From contig CAVREV010000002.1 of assembly GCA_963720215.1 (NCBI GenBank), positions 78,746-142,745 on the forward strand: 64,000 nucleotides of DNA. The letters run 5' to 3'. Position 1 is the stretch's first letter; each line of letters opens with the position of its first letter. The stretch is from an uncultured Solirubrobacteraceae bacterium. Its GTDB lineage: Bacteria > Actinomycetota > Thermoleophilia > Solirubrobacterales > Solirubrobacteraceae. The notes under the pieces are model-generated. The model saw only the letters and a program-made list of their open reading frames with translations. It had not been told where the DNA came from and did not search any database. Below, one piece after another: positions 1-11,692 of this stretch. The position numbers and the translations under genes were made by a program.

Positions 1-1771
1 CGCCGGTGGCGTAGAACCCCTCGCTCGGATAGAGCGTGGCGACGTGTCGGCCGTGCTTGCTCACATCGAGCACCGCCCCCAGGCTGAGCGTCGAGCCGGT
101 GTGGGCCGCGTCGTACTTCGGGGTGATGGTCGCGGTCGGCCGCACGTAGCGGACCGAGTAGGAGCCGACCCGCGTCGATTGGCCCGGCTTGAGCGTCAGC
201 TGGGAGGAGTGCTGGAAGGACGACGATGCGGCGACCCCGATGAACAGCACGGCGATGCCGAGGTGGACGATGTAGCCGCCGTAGCGCCGGCGGTTGCGCC
301 GCACGAGGCCGACGAGCGCCTGGGGGACCGCGTCGCGGGACATCGCACGCCGCGCGCGGGTGCCCCGATAGAACTCCTGGCCGATGCTCCCGAAGACGAA
401 GCCCGCGCAGCAGAACATCGCGATCGCCGCCGGCTTGTCGGCGATCCCCGCCGAGAGCAGTGCGACGAGCGTCGTCAGGGCGCAGGCGATCGGGATCAGG
501 AAGTTGCGCCTGGCGTTCGCCAGGGTGGCGCGCCGCCACGCGATCACCGGGCCGATGCCGCTGAGCAGCACGAGCACCAGCGCCAGCGGGACCGTATAGC
601 GGTCGAACCACGGCGGCCCGACGGCGGCTTCCTGGCCGGTGAGGGCGAGGGAGATGAGCGGGAAGTAGGTCCCCCAGAAGATCACGAAGCAGAGGCCCAC
701 GAGGACGAGGTTGTTGGCGATGAAGATCGACTCACGCGAGAGGAGCGAGTCGAGGCGATGCTCGGAGCGGAGCATCCCCCGGCGGGAGACCACCAGATAG
801 ATGGACGAGCCGATCAGGACCGCGATGAGCACCACGAACGGCACCCCGAGGGTCTGCCCCCCGAAGGCATGGATCGAATCGAGGATGCCGCTGCGGACGA
901 GGAAGGTCCCCATGATCGCGAGCGTCCCCGTGGCGAGCACGAGGGAGACGTTCCACACCTTCAGCATCCCCCGTTTCTCCTGGATCATGAGCGAGTGCAG
1001 GAATGCCGTTCCGGTCAGCCAGGGCATCAGGGAGGCGTTCTCGACCGCATCCCATCCCCAGTAGCCACCCCAGCCCAGCTCCGAGTAGGACCACAGGGCG
1101 CCGAGCAGGATGCCGATCCCGAGGAACAGCCAGGCGGCGAAGGCGAAGCGGCGGATCGCTTTGATCCAGTCGGCATCGACGCGACGGGCCAGGAGCGCCC
1201 CCATGCCGAAGGCGAGCGGGATCGTGCAGAGCGTGTACCCCGAATAGAGCATCGGCGGGTGGATGATCATCGTCGGGAAGCGGAGCAGCGGATCGAGGCC
1301 CTGCCCTTCGATTGGTGCCGGCCGGGTGGTCTCGAAGGGGTTGGCGTAGAAGACCATCAGGCCGACGAAGAAGCCTCCGAAGCCGAGCAGGATCGCCGTG
1401 GCGTAGGAGGCGATGTCGCGCATCCGGCCCCGCGTCAGGAACAGCGCGAGGCTCGACCACAGCGAGAGCAGCCACGCCCACAGCAGCAGGGAGCCTTCCT
1501 GCGAGGACCAGACGGCCGCCGCGCGATAGAGCTCCGGGGTGGTGCGGCTGGAGGTGTCGGCGACGGTGTTGAAGGCGAAGTCGTTGCCGAGGAAGGCGAC
1601 CTCGAGTACCGCGAAGGCCACCGTGAGCAGCCCGGCCAGGGCGTACACCGCGCGGCGCCCGGAGACGGAGAACTCGGCGCGCCCGCTCCGCACCCCGTAG
1701 ATCGAGGCCGCGATCCCGTATGCGCAGACGGCGAGCGCGAGCAGCAGGCAGGCGAAGCCGAGGCCGGCCAT
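1..1771 (-). CDS. ccmF: Heme lyase CcmF (cytochrome c biogenesis), runs off the left window edge
   Basis: My translation of the minus strand from ATG 1771 (not in the ORF track) gives a multi-TM protein with the WWD motif LGWGGYWGWDAVEN (~1040-1080); lies downstream of ccmE. Confidence 0.93.
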   Translation of the reverse strand, partial: MAGLGFACLLLALAVCAYGIAASIYGVRSGRAEFSVSGRRAVYALAGLLTVAFAVLEVAFLGNDFAFNTVADTSSRTTPELYRAAAVWSSQEGSLLLWAWLLSLWSSLALFLTRGRMRDIASYATAILLGFGGFFVGLMVFYANPFETTRPAPIEGQGLDPLLRFPTMIIHPPMLYSGYTLCTIPLAFGMGALLARRVDADWIKAIRRFAFAAWLFLGIGILLGALWSYSELGWGGYWGWDAVENASLMPWLTGTAFLHSLMIQEKRGMLKVWNVSLVLATGTLAIMGTFLVRSGILDSIHAFGGQTLGVPFVVLIAVLIGSSIYLVVSRRGMLRSEHRLDSLLSRESIFIANNLVLVGLCFVIFWGTYFPLISLALTGQEAAVGPPWFDRYTVPLALVLVLLSGIGPVIAWRRATLANARRNFLIPIACALTTLVALLSAGIADKPAAIAMFCCAGFVFGSIGQEFYRGTRARRAMSRDAVPQALVGLVRRNRRRYGGYIVHLGIAVLFIGVAASSSFQHSSQLTLKPGQSTRVGSYSVRYVRPTATITPKYDAAHTGSTLSLGAVLDVSKHGRHVATLYPSEGFYATG

Positions 1772-1818
1772 CGGCTGCTACCCGCGGAGCCCGTGCTGGC
1801 GGCCGGCCCGGGCGGCGC

Positions 1819-2235
1819 TCACGAGTTCTGGTTCTCGCTCGGGGGAGCGGTCTTGTACTTCGACGGACACTTCGTGATCAGCGAGTTGCGTTCACCGACG
1901 TAGCGATCGCCCTGCTTGGCGACCGTGACGACGATCTCGCGACCTTCACGGAAGGGATCGGGCACGGTGCCCGTGTAGGACAGCGGGATCGTCGTCCCGC
2001 CCACGCGGTCCTCGACGCTGAAGTCGAGCGCTTCCCCCACCCGGTGCACGGACCCCCGGGCAACGGTCCCCGTGAGGACGTAGTTACGCCCCGGCTGTGC
2101 CTCCCGGACGAGCTGGCTCGGCGTCAGAGCGGGGCTCGCCGCGCTGAAGCTCGTGTAGATGAGGGCACTCGCCAGCATCACGGCGATGCTCAGGGCCACG
2201 ATCAGCCGCACCGTTCGCTTGCGCGCGGGGTTCAT
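1819..2235 (-). CDS. ccmE: Heme chaperone CcmE, CxxxY variant
   Basis: N-terminal TM, YTGTVPDPFREGREIVV, and TKCPSKY; start re-assigned to MNPARKR. Confidence 0.9.
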   Translation of the reverse strand: MNPARKRTVRLIVALSIAVMLASALIYTSFSAASPALTPSQLVREAQPGRNYVLTGTVARGSVHRVGEALDFSVEDRVGGTTIPLSYTGTVPDPFREGREIVVTVAKQGDRYVGERNSLITKCPSKYKTAPPSENQNS

Positions 2236-2337
2236 CGCCGTCAAGTATCGCAAACCCCCATCCAGCCGCGCGGAGGAGCAGGTGGCGGGGCTTCGGAGCC
2301 GGCCGGGAACGCTCGCCCTAGTACAAACGAGGAAAAA

Positions 2338-2676
2338 ATGGTCGCAGAGCGAAACCTTCTGGCGTGGGAGACGTTTACTGAGGAGATGATGCGCCCGCGA
2401 CTCGCCCACCCGCTCCGCGAATCCCGTTCCCGGCCTCGACGGCCAGAGCGTCGGCGGACCGGTGCGGCGACGGTCGCCGCCCCGCAGCTGGCGCGGCGCG
2501 CACCCCTCGCGGCGGTCGCAGCGGTGCGCACACCCGATCCCGAGGTCGCCCGCGTCCGCGCAGCCGGAGGGCCGATCGACCGGGCCAGCTACGCGTGCGT
2601 CTGCGGCTACATGTTCAACGCCCCGGTCTCCACGACCGTGCACTGCCCTCACTGCGGCGCCGGCCAGGCCTGGTAG
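2338..2676 (+). CDS. Small protein with a C-terminal zinc ribbon
   Basis: Ends YACVCGYMFNAPVSTTVHCPHCGAGQAW (CxC...CxxC); start uncertain (2338 or 2386). Confidence 0.6.
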   Translation: MVAERNLLAWETFTEEMMRPRLAHPLRESRSRPRRPERRRTGAATVAAPQLARRAPLAAVAAVRTPDPEVARVRAAGGPIDRASYACVCGYMFNAPVSTTVHCPHCGAGQAW

Positions 2677-2937
2677 CAGGGGATCTCGCCAGGTCCCGCC
2701 CGTCGGGCTGGGACTGTCGCGGTGCCGGATCAGTGCGCGACCCGCCCGCGGGGTGAGAGGTCGCGCCGCTGCGATCGGCCATGCAACCTGCGTGCTCGCC
2801 GCGCGAGCATGCAAACATGAGGCGCTCTGAGGCCCGCGTTCCGCACACAGCTCGCGTCCGTCGTCACACTCCTCGCCCTCACGGGGGCCTCGAGCGCTCG
2901 CGCCGCGAACCCCCCGGAAAACATCCCGCTGGGCACG

Positions 2938-3855
2938 ATGCCCGCGGCCTGTTCAGTGGAAACGTCGGCCGAATGCGAGCGCTGGGTGCTCGAACGCCTC
3001 GACGCGGCCCGCGCCGACCTGGGGCTGCCGAGCTACCAGGTGCAGGCCGGCTTCATCGGCCTCTCGCCCGACAAGCAGCTGCTGACCCTCGCGGACCTCG
3101 ACCGAGTGGCCTATGGCCTGACCCCCGTCTCCGGGCTCAACGCCTCGCTCGGCGAAGCCGCCGCCGCGGGCGTCCGCTCAGAAGCTGATCCGCTCCCACC
3201 GAGCAAAGAAGGCCCATGGGAGGGCTTCGGCTCGGACTGGGCGAGCACGGGCCCGCTCGTGGCCTACTACCTCTGGATGTACGACGACGGGTACAAGGGG
3301 CCCAACCTCGACTGCACCAGCCCGGGTGCCAGCGGCTGCTGGGGACATCGGCGGGTGATCCTCGGAGAAGGCATATCGCTGCCGAAGCCGGAAGTCCTCG
3401 GAGCTGCAACCGGTCAGAGCTCCCGCGGCCACGTTGGGACCGCCCTGCTGATCAGCAGCCACAGCGGGGCGAGCACCTACTACACGTGGGCGCAGGCCGA
3501 GAGCGAAGGCGCGGGCGGTGGCGGCGGAGGGACCGGACCGGGTCAGATCACGATCAGGGTCCAGGTCGCGGGAAATGGCTCGGTCGCGATCAACGGAACG
3601 CCTTGCCCGTCGACCTGCACCGAGCGGGTGCCCCTGGACGTTCCGGTCAAGCTGGTCGCCAGGGCGGCGAGCGGCTACCGCTTCACTCGCTGGAGCGGTG
3701 GTGTGTGTGCCAACTCGTCGAAACACCGCTGCATGCTTCCCGCCAATGAGGCCGAAGAAGCTGTCGTCGCGACATTCGTGCCCCGGCCCGCGGGTGCCGA
3801 CGCGCTGGCGCCCGCGGCCCTCCTCGAGGAAGAACCGGCGGCGGAAGCCGGCTGA
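2938..3855 (+). CDS. Putative secreted protein: CAP/SCP-like domain plus InlB-B-repeat-like domain
   Basis: WMYDDG...CWGHRRVIL, Gly linker, then GNGSV..CPSTC..GYRFTRWSGGVC; signal peptide probably frameshifted upstream. Confidence 0.6.
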   Translation: MPAACSVETSAECERWVLERLDAARADLGLPSYQVQAGFIGLSPDKQLLTLADLDRVAYGLTPVSGLNASLGEAAAAGVRSEADPLPPSKEGPWEGFGSDWASTGPLVAYYLWMYDDGYKGPNLDCTSPGASGCWGHRRVILGEGISLPKPEVLGAATGQSSRGHVGTALLISSHSGASTYYTWAQAESEGAGGGGGGTGPGQITIRVQVAGNGSVAINGTPCPSTCTERVPLDVPVKLVARAASGYRFTRWSGGVCANSSKHRCMLPANEAEEAVVATFVPRPAGADALAPAALLEEEPAAEAG

Positions 3856-3866
3856 TCGCGGCGGCG

Positions 3867-5354
3867 CTAGGGGTTGCGCCCCGGAGCGACCGTCGCCGGC
3901 GGGGGCGCAGCGAAGGCGGCGATCCCCGCGTCGGTGAGCGCCTGGGCGAAGGCGATCGTCGTGCGGTCCTCCAGATGGGGGCCGACGACCTGGACGCCGA
4001 CCGGCAGGCCCCCGGGGGTGCGGCCGACCGGCGCGGCCGTAGCGGGCAGGTGGCAGGAGGTCGCGGGTGCGATCCATGTGAAGAGGTCCAGGTAGGTGCG
4101 CTGCGTGCCGCCCACGTCGATCATCCGCATCGGCATCAGCGTTTCGTTGTCGTGGGGGATCGCGGGGACGGCGACACACGGCATCAGGATCACGTCCACG
4201 TCGGCGAAGAACGTCTGCCATGCCCCGCGCTGGCGGTTGCGAGCCTCATCGCGACGGAGCATCTCGCGTGCCGAGCTCGTCATCGCCCGGGCGAAGCGCG
4301 CGATCGGGCTCTGGTCCCCCGCCCGGAGAGCGGATGCGGCCTCGCGCATCCCGTCGTAGGCCTCCGGCGGGAGCCCGGCGCCGATGATCGCGCCGAGCAG
4401 CGGGAAGTAGGCCTCGTCCATCTGCGCGAGCGAGGGCGAGGGTCGCGCGGCCTCGTCGACCGCGGTGCCGGCGCGGCGCAGCGCCTCGACCGCGGCCTCG
4501 AGCACGGCGCGCACCGCCGGGTCCACCGGACAACGCTCGTCGTCCAGCCAGGCAGCGACCCGGAAGTCGCTCAGCGCCGTCGCACGGGGCGGCGGGAGCT
4601 CGAGCCTCCAGGCGCTCGCGTCCCAGTCGCCCGGCCCGGCGAGCACATCGAGCGCGAGCGCCAGGTCGCGCGGGTCACGGGCCATCGGGCCGCCGACACC
4701 GAGGTCCGGTTCGCCGAGCGTGCCGGGCGGCCCGGGGATGTGTCCCCGCAGCGGGACCACGCCCCAGCTCGGCTTGTGGCCGTACACGCCGCACCAGCTC
4801 GACGGCGTGCGAATCGACCCGCCGATGTCGCTGCCGAGCTCCAGCGGCGTCATCCCCGTGGCGAGCGCCACGGCTGCGCCGCCGCTGGACCCGCCGGAGG
4901 TCCGCGTCAGGTCCCACGGGTTGTTCGTCGTGCCGTGCACCTCGTTGTAGGTCTGCACGTCGCCCGCCATCAGCGGGGCGTTGGTCTTTCCGAACACGAT
5001 CGCCCCCGCTCCGCGCAGCCGGGCCACGGCCACCGCGTCTCGCGCCGGGACGTGCTCCGCCAGCTCGGGCGCCCCACAGGTCGTCACCAGGCCGGCGGTC
5101 TCCCACGAGTCCTTGATCGTCATCGGCACCCCGTGGAGCGGCCCGAGCTCGCGATCGTCGACCGCGAGAGCCCGATCGGCCGCCTCGGCGGCCGCGCGGG
5201 CGTTTCCCTCATCGAGGGCGATGACCGCGTTCAGCGGTCCGTTGCGCTCGCGCACCCGCTCGAGATGCTCCTCCAGCGCCTCCGTCGCGCTGAGCTCACG
5301 GAGACGGATCGCCGCGGCCAGCTCGCCGGCGGAGGCAAAGGAGCTCATGCGCAC
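3867..5354 (-). CDS. Amidase (amidase-signature family)
   Basis: GPLHGVPMTIKD, GGSSGG and GSDIGGSIRTP motifs. Confidence 0.93.
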   Translation of the reverse strand: MRMSSFASAGELAAAIRLRELSATEALEEHLERVRERNGPLNAVIALDEGNARAAAEAADRALAVDDRELGPLHGVPMTIKDSWETAGLVTTCGAPELAEHVPARDAVAVARLRGAGAIVFGKTNAPLMAGDVQTYNEVHGTTNNPWDLTRTSGGSSGGAAVALATGMTPLELGSDIGGSIRTPSSWCGVYGHKPSWGVVPLRGHIPGPPGTLGEPDLGVGGPMARDPRDLALALDVLAGPGDWDASAWRLELPPPRATALSDFRVAAWLDDERCPVDPAVRAVLEAAVEALRRAGTAVDEAARPSPSLAQMDEAYFPLLGAIIGAGLPPEAYDGMREAASALRAGDQSPIARFARAMTSSAREMLRRDEARNRQRGAWQTFFADVDVILMPCVAVPAIPHDNETLMPMRMIDVGGTQRTYLDLFTWIAPATSCHLPATAAPVGRTPGGLPVGVQVVGPHLEDRTTIAFAQALTDAGIAAFAAPPPATVAPGRNP

Positions 5355-5379
5355 ATGATGGCGGAAGGACGGCGTACGG

Positions 5380-6021
5380 CTAGCGGACCTCCTCGACCCG
5401 GTAGCTGCCCGGCGCCTGTTCCGGGCCCTGTTCGATGGTCGCGATGCCCTTCGCCCCGCCCGACTTCGGGCATGTGTGCGCGCTGAGACGGGAGTCGAGC
5501 TCGACGGTGCCCGAGACGTGGATCCGCGTCAGGCTGCCCGAGTGCGGGAGAGGTCCTTCGAGCTCGCGGAGCACCCATACGCAGCCCGATTCGTGATCTT
5601 CGAAATGCACGGGTTCGAAGCTCTCGACGACGAGCGTGCTCGAGACGGTCACCTCGCGCAGTTTGGAGGGACCCTGTTCCGTTTCGGTGCTCACTTCTTC
5701 ACCGGACTTCGTCTTGCAGCCGTCGAAGGCGTAGTTCAGTCCTTCTTCGCCGCGCCGGAAGCGGAGCACGCTCGCCGGAGCACCCTGGAAATACATCGAG
5801 CCGTCAAAGCCTTCACAGGTGAAGCCCGGGAACCTCGTGCTGTTGATGACCGTCGTTTCGTGCTCGGAGGAGACGGCTTCGCCGTTGCTGAAGAGCTGCA
5901 GCCTCGGGCCGGAGGCGCGCGCGCTGCCGGCGCAACCCACGACGGCCAGCGCGGCGCAGACCGCCAGTCGCACGACCCGGCGCCGTGCGCTGCTGGACGT
6001 GTTGATGCTCCGGGCGAGCAT
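5380..6021 (-). CDS. Hypothetical secreted protein
   Basis: Signal-peptide-like N-terminus, Cys-containing beta-rich body. Confidence 0.55.
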   Translation of the reverse strand: MLARSINTSSSARRRVVRLAVCAALAVVGCAGSARASGPRLQLFSNGEAVSSEHETTVINSTRFPGFTCEGFDGSMYFQGAPASVLRFRRGEEGLNYAFDGCKTKSGEEVSTETEQGPSKLREVTVSSTLVVESFEPVHFEDHESGCVWVLRELEGPLPHSGSLTRIHVSGTVELDSRLSAHTCPKSGGAKGIATIEQGPEQAPGSYRVEEVR

Positions 6022-6034
6022 CGGACGCTCGAGG

Positions 6035-7341
6035 CTACTTGATGTGCATCCCGGAGATCGCCCTGGCGATCACGAGCTGCTGGATATCTGCGGTGCCCTC
6101 GAAGATGTCGAGATCTTCGCGTCGCGGTGCCAGCGCTCGACGGGGAACTCGCGCGTGTAGCCGTTGCCGCCGAGGATCTGGATTGCGCGCTCGGTGACCC
6201 ACACGGCGACCTCGCCCGCCTTGAGCTTGCTCATCGAGCCCTCCGCGTTTTCGAAGCGCACGCCGCTGCGTCCCATCCACGAGGCCCTCCACACGAGCAG
6301 GCGCGCGGCGTCGATCTCCATCTTCATCCGCGCGAGCGTGAACGCCACCGCCTGGTTCTCGATGATCTTGCGGTGAAACTGCTCGCGCTCCTTGGCGTAG
6401 GCGAGCGAGTACTCATAGGCCGCCCGCGCGATCCCGAGCGCCTGTGCCCCCACGGTCGGGCGAGATGACTCGAACGTCTGCATCGCCGCTTGGGAGTTGC
6501 TCCGCTTGCCCTCGCGGACACGGGCGAGGCGTTCGTCGAGCTTCTCCTTGCCGCCGAGGACATAGCCGGCGGGAATTCGGCAGTCATCGAGGAACACGTC
6601 GGCGGTGTGCGAGGCGCGGAGCCCGTGCTTTGAGACCTTCGAGCCCTGCGAGATGCCGCTGGCCTCGCTCATCGGGACGACGAACGCCGCATGGCCACGC
6701 GAGCCGAGCTCCGGGTCGACCGTCGCAATCACAACATGAACGTCGGAGATCCCACCGTTCGTGGCCCACGCCTTCTGCCCGTTGATCACCCACTCGCCCG
6801 CGGCCTCGTCGAACTTCGCCCGCGTACGCACGTTCGAGACGTCCGAGCCCGCATTCGGCTCCGACGCGCAGAACGCCGCCACCTTGACGTCGTCCTCGCT
6901 CCCGAAGCAGCGGGGGATCCACTCGCCGATCTGCTCACCGGAGCCCTGGCCGAAGATCGCCGCCACGGCCAGCCCGGTACCCATGATCGACATGCCGATG
7001 CCGGCATCGCCCCAGAACAGCTCCTCGTTGACGAGCGGGAGCGTCAGCCCGGACGGGTCGGCGAAGAACTGGGCGAGCCCTTCGAAGCCGTAGAGCCCGA
7101 TCTTCGCGGCCTCCTGGATGATCGGCCACGGGGTCTGCTCCTTCTCATCCCACTCATGCGCCGCCGGACGCACCACGTCCGCCGCGAACCCGTGGACCCA
7201 GTCGCGGACGTCCTTCTGGTCCTGCGTCAGCTCGAGCGAGAACGTGGGGGCTTCTCCGCCCGCGCCCAGCACCTCGGCGGCGGCGCCGCCGAGCTCCTCG
7301 CCGGAGGGAATCGAGACAGCTGCTGAGGGCGGGGCGGACAT
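6035..7341 (-). CDS. Acyl-CoA dehydrogenase (frameshift near 6115)
   Basis: SEPNAGSD, INGQKAWATNG, QILGGNGY; C-terminus DIFEGTADIQQLVIAR is in another frame. Confidence 0.92.
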
Positions 7342-7508
7342 CTATCGGGGTCTCCTTTGAGTGCGTGAATGGTTGCGAGCCCGGTCGCGCGACCGCTCCA
7401 CGCCCTTTGGGCGCACCTGGACTCGCTTGACAGGATACAGCATCATGTCCGCGCCGCATACGCATTTAGCGACATCCGTTGGACAGTCTCTCGGGCTCCG
7501 GGGAGCGG

Positions 7509-8469
<961 letters not shown>

Positions 8470-8506
8470 CTAGCGCGCGCGCCTGCGTCGGTGGCGCGGC
8501 ATTCAC

Positions 8507-8961
8507 CTAGTGGGCCTCCCAGGCCTCCTCGGCGCGGGTGAGCGCGAGCACCTGCTTCGGGAGGGCGCCGGAGGCGACGTCCGCGATGGTGACGTTCTCG
8601 AGCACGTTGCGGAGGTTGGCCCGCACCGCGACCCACACCTGCTGGAGGGTCTCGGCGAGCCGACGTACTCGACCTCCTCCGGGCGTTGTCCCCGAATCCC
8701 GACGAGCGGGCCCTCGACGGCGCGGATCACGTGCGCGAGGTTGATCTCCTCGGCGGTCGCGCCAGCCAGTAGCCCCCTTCCGGGCCTCGCTGGCTGCGGA
8801 CGACGCCGGAGGAGCGAAGCTGGGTGAGGATGTTCTCCAGGAAGGAGAGCGGGATGCGCTGAGCCTGGGCGACTTCATCGACCTTGCGCGGCGAGGCCTG
8901 GCTGCTCGGCGAGCTCGATGACCGCCCTCACGGCGTAGTCGGCCTTGGCGGTGACGTGCAT
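8507..8961 (-). CDS. Rrf2-family transcriptional regulator (frameshifted)
   Basis: [13 protein letters not shown]..., [35 protein letters not shown] spread over several frames. Confidence 0.85.
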
Positions 8962-9004
8962 CGGCTGATTCTCCACGATTCGGCGGCCGACCCGCTCGTC
9001 GGCA

Positions 9005-9025
9005 TCGAGTTAGGGGACCCTAACC
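9005..9025. promoter_or_regulatory. Candidate IdeR/DtxR iron box
   Basis: Palindrome GTTAGGG-GA-CCCTAAC (9009-9024), about 13/19 match to TTAGGTTAGGCTAACCTAA, directly upstream of the iron ABC operon. Confidence 0.55.
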
Positions 9026-9076
9026 GGCTGTGATACGTTGCCGATCCATCCCGACTCCGAACTAGGGATTGGCCCC

Positions 9077-10092
9077 ATGACCCGCAGGAAGTCCCCCCTC
9101 CTCATCCTCATCCCGCTCTGCTCGGCGCTGGCCCTCAGCGCCTGCGGGGTCGAGCAGCCCCAACAGCATCACGCTCTACAACGGCCAACACGAACAGACC
9201 ACGTCGGCGCTGGTGGCGGCGTTCGAACGGAAGACGGGCATCAAGGTGAACGTGCGCTCGGGCGACGAGGCCGAACTGGGCGACCAGATCGAGCAGGAGG
9301 GCTCGCAGTCGCCGGCGGACGTCTTCTACACGGAGAACACCCCGGTGCTGGAAGCGCTCGAGGAGAAGGGACTGCTGGCTTCCATCCCCGCCTCGACGCT
9401 AGCGGCGGTCCCGCGGGTGGATGACTCCGCGGCGGGAGACTGGGTCGGGGTCTCGGCGCGGGAGTCCGTGCTCGTCTACAACGCCTCACAGATCTCCCCG
9501 GGGCAGCTCCCGGATTCGATCCTCGAACTGGCGGAGCCGCGGTGGAAGGGCAAGGTCGGCTTCGCGCCCTCGGAGACCGACTTCCAGCCGCTGATCACCG
9601 CGGTCAGGGACCACGACGGCCTGCGCGCAGCGGAAAGCTGGCTGAAGGGACTCGCGGCGAACGCGAAGACCTACCCGGACAACGAGACCGTCGTGGCGCA
9701 GGTCGAACAACGGTGAGAGCACCGTCGGGCTGATCAACCACTACTACTGGTTCCGGCTGCGGAAGGAGGTCGGAGCGTCCGGGATGCACTCGGCGCTCCA
9801 CTACTACGCCCCCGGAGACCCCGGCAACCTGATCAACGTCTCCGGCGCGGCTGTGCTCCGCTCCAGCCCGCATCGCGCCAACGCGCTTGCGTTCCTCGCG
9901 TTCCTGGTGAGCAGGGCCGGCCAGGAGGTGATCGCCCACAGCGACAGCTTCGAGTACCCCCTGCGAAGCGATGTTCCCCCGGCGCCCGGGCTGCGGCCCC
10001 TGGCCGACCTGCACCCGATCGCAATCACGCCCGCCGAGCTCGGGGACGGCGCGGGCGCGCTGGCGCTCGAGCAGAGGCTCGGCCTGCTGTAG
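9077..10092 (+). CDS. Fe3+ ABC transporter substrate-binding lipoprotein (FbpA/FutA type), frameshifted
   Basis: Lipobox LSAC, SPADVFYTEN, GLINHYYW, FEYPL across three frames. Confidence 0.88.
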
Positions 10093-10102
10093 GAGGGGAC
10101 GG

Positions 10103-11692
10103 ATGAGCACGCTGGCGCCCTCAACGTCCACATCCGACCGATGGTCGCGGACCTGGTCGGGGCGACGCCGCTGGCCCCTGGTGAGCTCGGCAGGGGCGGT
10201 GCTGGCCGCGGGCCTCGTGCTGCTCCCGCTGGTCTTCCTCGTGATCCAGGCGCAGCGGTCCGGCTGGGGTGAAGTCGAACGCCTCCTGTTCCGCCACTCG
10301 GTGGCGGTTCTGCTGTGGAACACCGTGCGGCTCGCTGTGGCCTGCACCGCGTTGTGCGCGCTGCTCGGCGTCGGAGCGGCCTGGTGCGTGGAGCGGACGA
10401 CGCTGCCCGGGCGGCATCTGTGGGCCGTGGCGCTCGTGCTCCCCCTCGGCATCCCGGACTTCGTCACCGGCTTCGGGTGGGTGTCGCTGGAGCCGAGCCT
10501 GCACGGCTACCCGGCCGCGGTGATGATCATGACGTTGTCGCTGTACCCGCTCGTCTACCTCCCCGTCGCCGCCGCGCTGGCACGCGTCGATGTGACGCTG
10601 GAGGAGGCGGCGCGGAGCCTTGGCCTCGGCCCCTGGGCGACGTTTCGCCGCGTGACCCTTCGCGAGATCTCCCCGGCGCTGCTCGGCGGATGCCTGCTCG
10701 TCACGCTCGCGCTCCTGGCCGAGTACGGGGCGTTCGAAATCGTCCAGTACCAGACGTTCACGGTCGCGATCTTCACCGAGTTCAAGCTCGGCTTCGACGC
10801 CGCGGCGGCGTGCTCGCTGTCGCTCGTGCTCGTGCTGCTGAGCGTCGCGGTGCTGGCGGGCGAGCGAGCGATCGGAGGTCGCGGCCCGTCTCCTGCGGCC
10901 AAGCCCGCGAGCACGCGGAGGGCGCGGCGGGTCGCGCTCGGGCGCTGGACGGTGCCCGCGGTGGCGGCGCTGGCGGCGCTGGTGGTGCTCGCGCTCGGGG
11001 TGCCGATCGGGTCGCTGGTCCATTGGATGCTCCACGGCAGCTCGACGACGCTGCCGGCGGCCTCGCTCCTGACCGCGACCGCGGACACGGCCGCCTACAG
11101 CGCGGCGGCCGCGGCCCTGGCGTGCGCACTCGCGGTGCCGGTGTGCGCGCTCGCGCTCCGCCACCGCAACCGGCTGACGGTGCTGCTCGAGCGAGCGGCC
11201 TACCTGCCGATGGCGCTCCCGGGACTCGTGATCGCGCTCGGGCTCGTCTCGTTCACGGTTCGCTATGCGTTCTCGCTCTACCAGAGCTCGCTCGAGCTGA
11301 TCATCGCCTACGCGATCCTGTTCCTGCCGCTCGCCGTCGTCGGCGTGCGCCCGGCGATGGGACGGGCCTCCGAGCGCCTGGAGGAGGTGGGACGATCCCT
11401 CGGCGCGCGACCGGTGACGGTCTGGCGGCGGATCACCCTGCCGCTGATCGCGCCCGGGATCGCCGCCGGCTTCGCCCTGGTGTTCATCACCGCCGCGACC
11501 GAGCTCACCGCCACGCTGCTGCTGCGACCCACCGGGGTGAACACCCTCGCCACGCAGTTCTGGGTCTACACGACCGACTTCTCCTATGGGGCGGCCGCGC
11601 CCTACGCTGCAATGATGGTGGCGATCTCGGCCGTGCCGGCCTACCTCCTCAGCCGCCGCTTCTCACTAGTGTCGGGCGCCGAGGACCGATGA
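10103..11692 (+). CDS. Fe3+ ABC transporter permease (FbpB type)
   Basis: Two EAA loops (LEEAARSLG, LEEVGRSLG), many TM segments. Confidence 0.92.
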   Translation: MSTLAPSTSTSDRWSRTWSGRRRWPLVSSAGAVLAAGLVLLPLVFLVIQAQRSGWGEVERLLFRHSVAVLLWNTVRLAVACTALCALLGVGAAWCVERTTLPGRHLWAVALVLPLGIPDFVTGFGWVSLEPSLHGYPAAVMIMTLSLYPLVYLPVAAALARVDVTLEEAARSLGLGPWATFRRVTLREISPALLGGCLLVTLALLAEYGAFEIVQYQTFTVAIFTEFKLGFDAAAACSLSLVLVLLSVAVLAGERAIGGRGPSPAAKPASTRRARRVALGRWTVPAVAALAALVVLALGVPIGSLVHWMLHGSSTTLPAASLLTATADTAAYSAAAAALACALAVPVCALALRHRNRLTVLLERAAYLPMALPGLVIALGLVSFTVRYAFSLYQSSLELIIAYAILFLPLAVVGVRPAMGRASERLEEVGRSLGARPVTVWRRITLPLIAPGIAAGFALVFITAATELTATLLLRPTGVNTLATQFWVYTTDFSYGAAAPYAAMMVAISAVPAYLLSRRFSLVSGAEDR

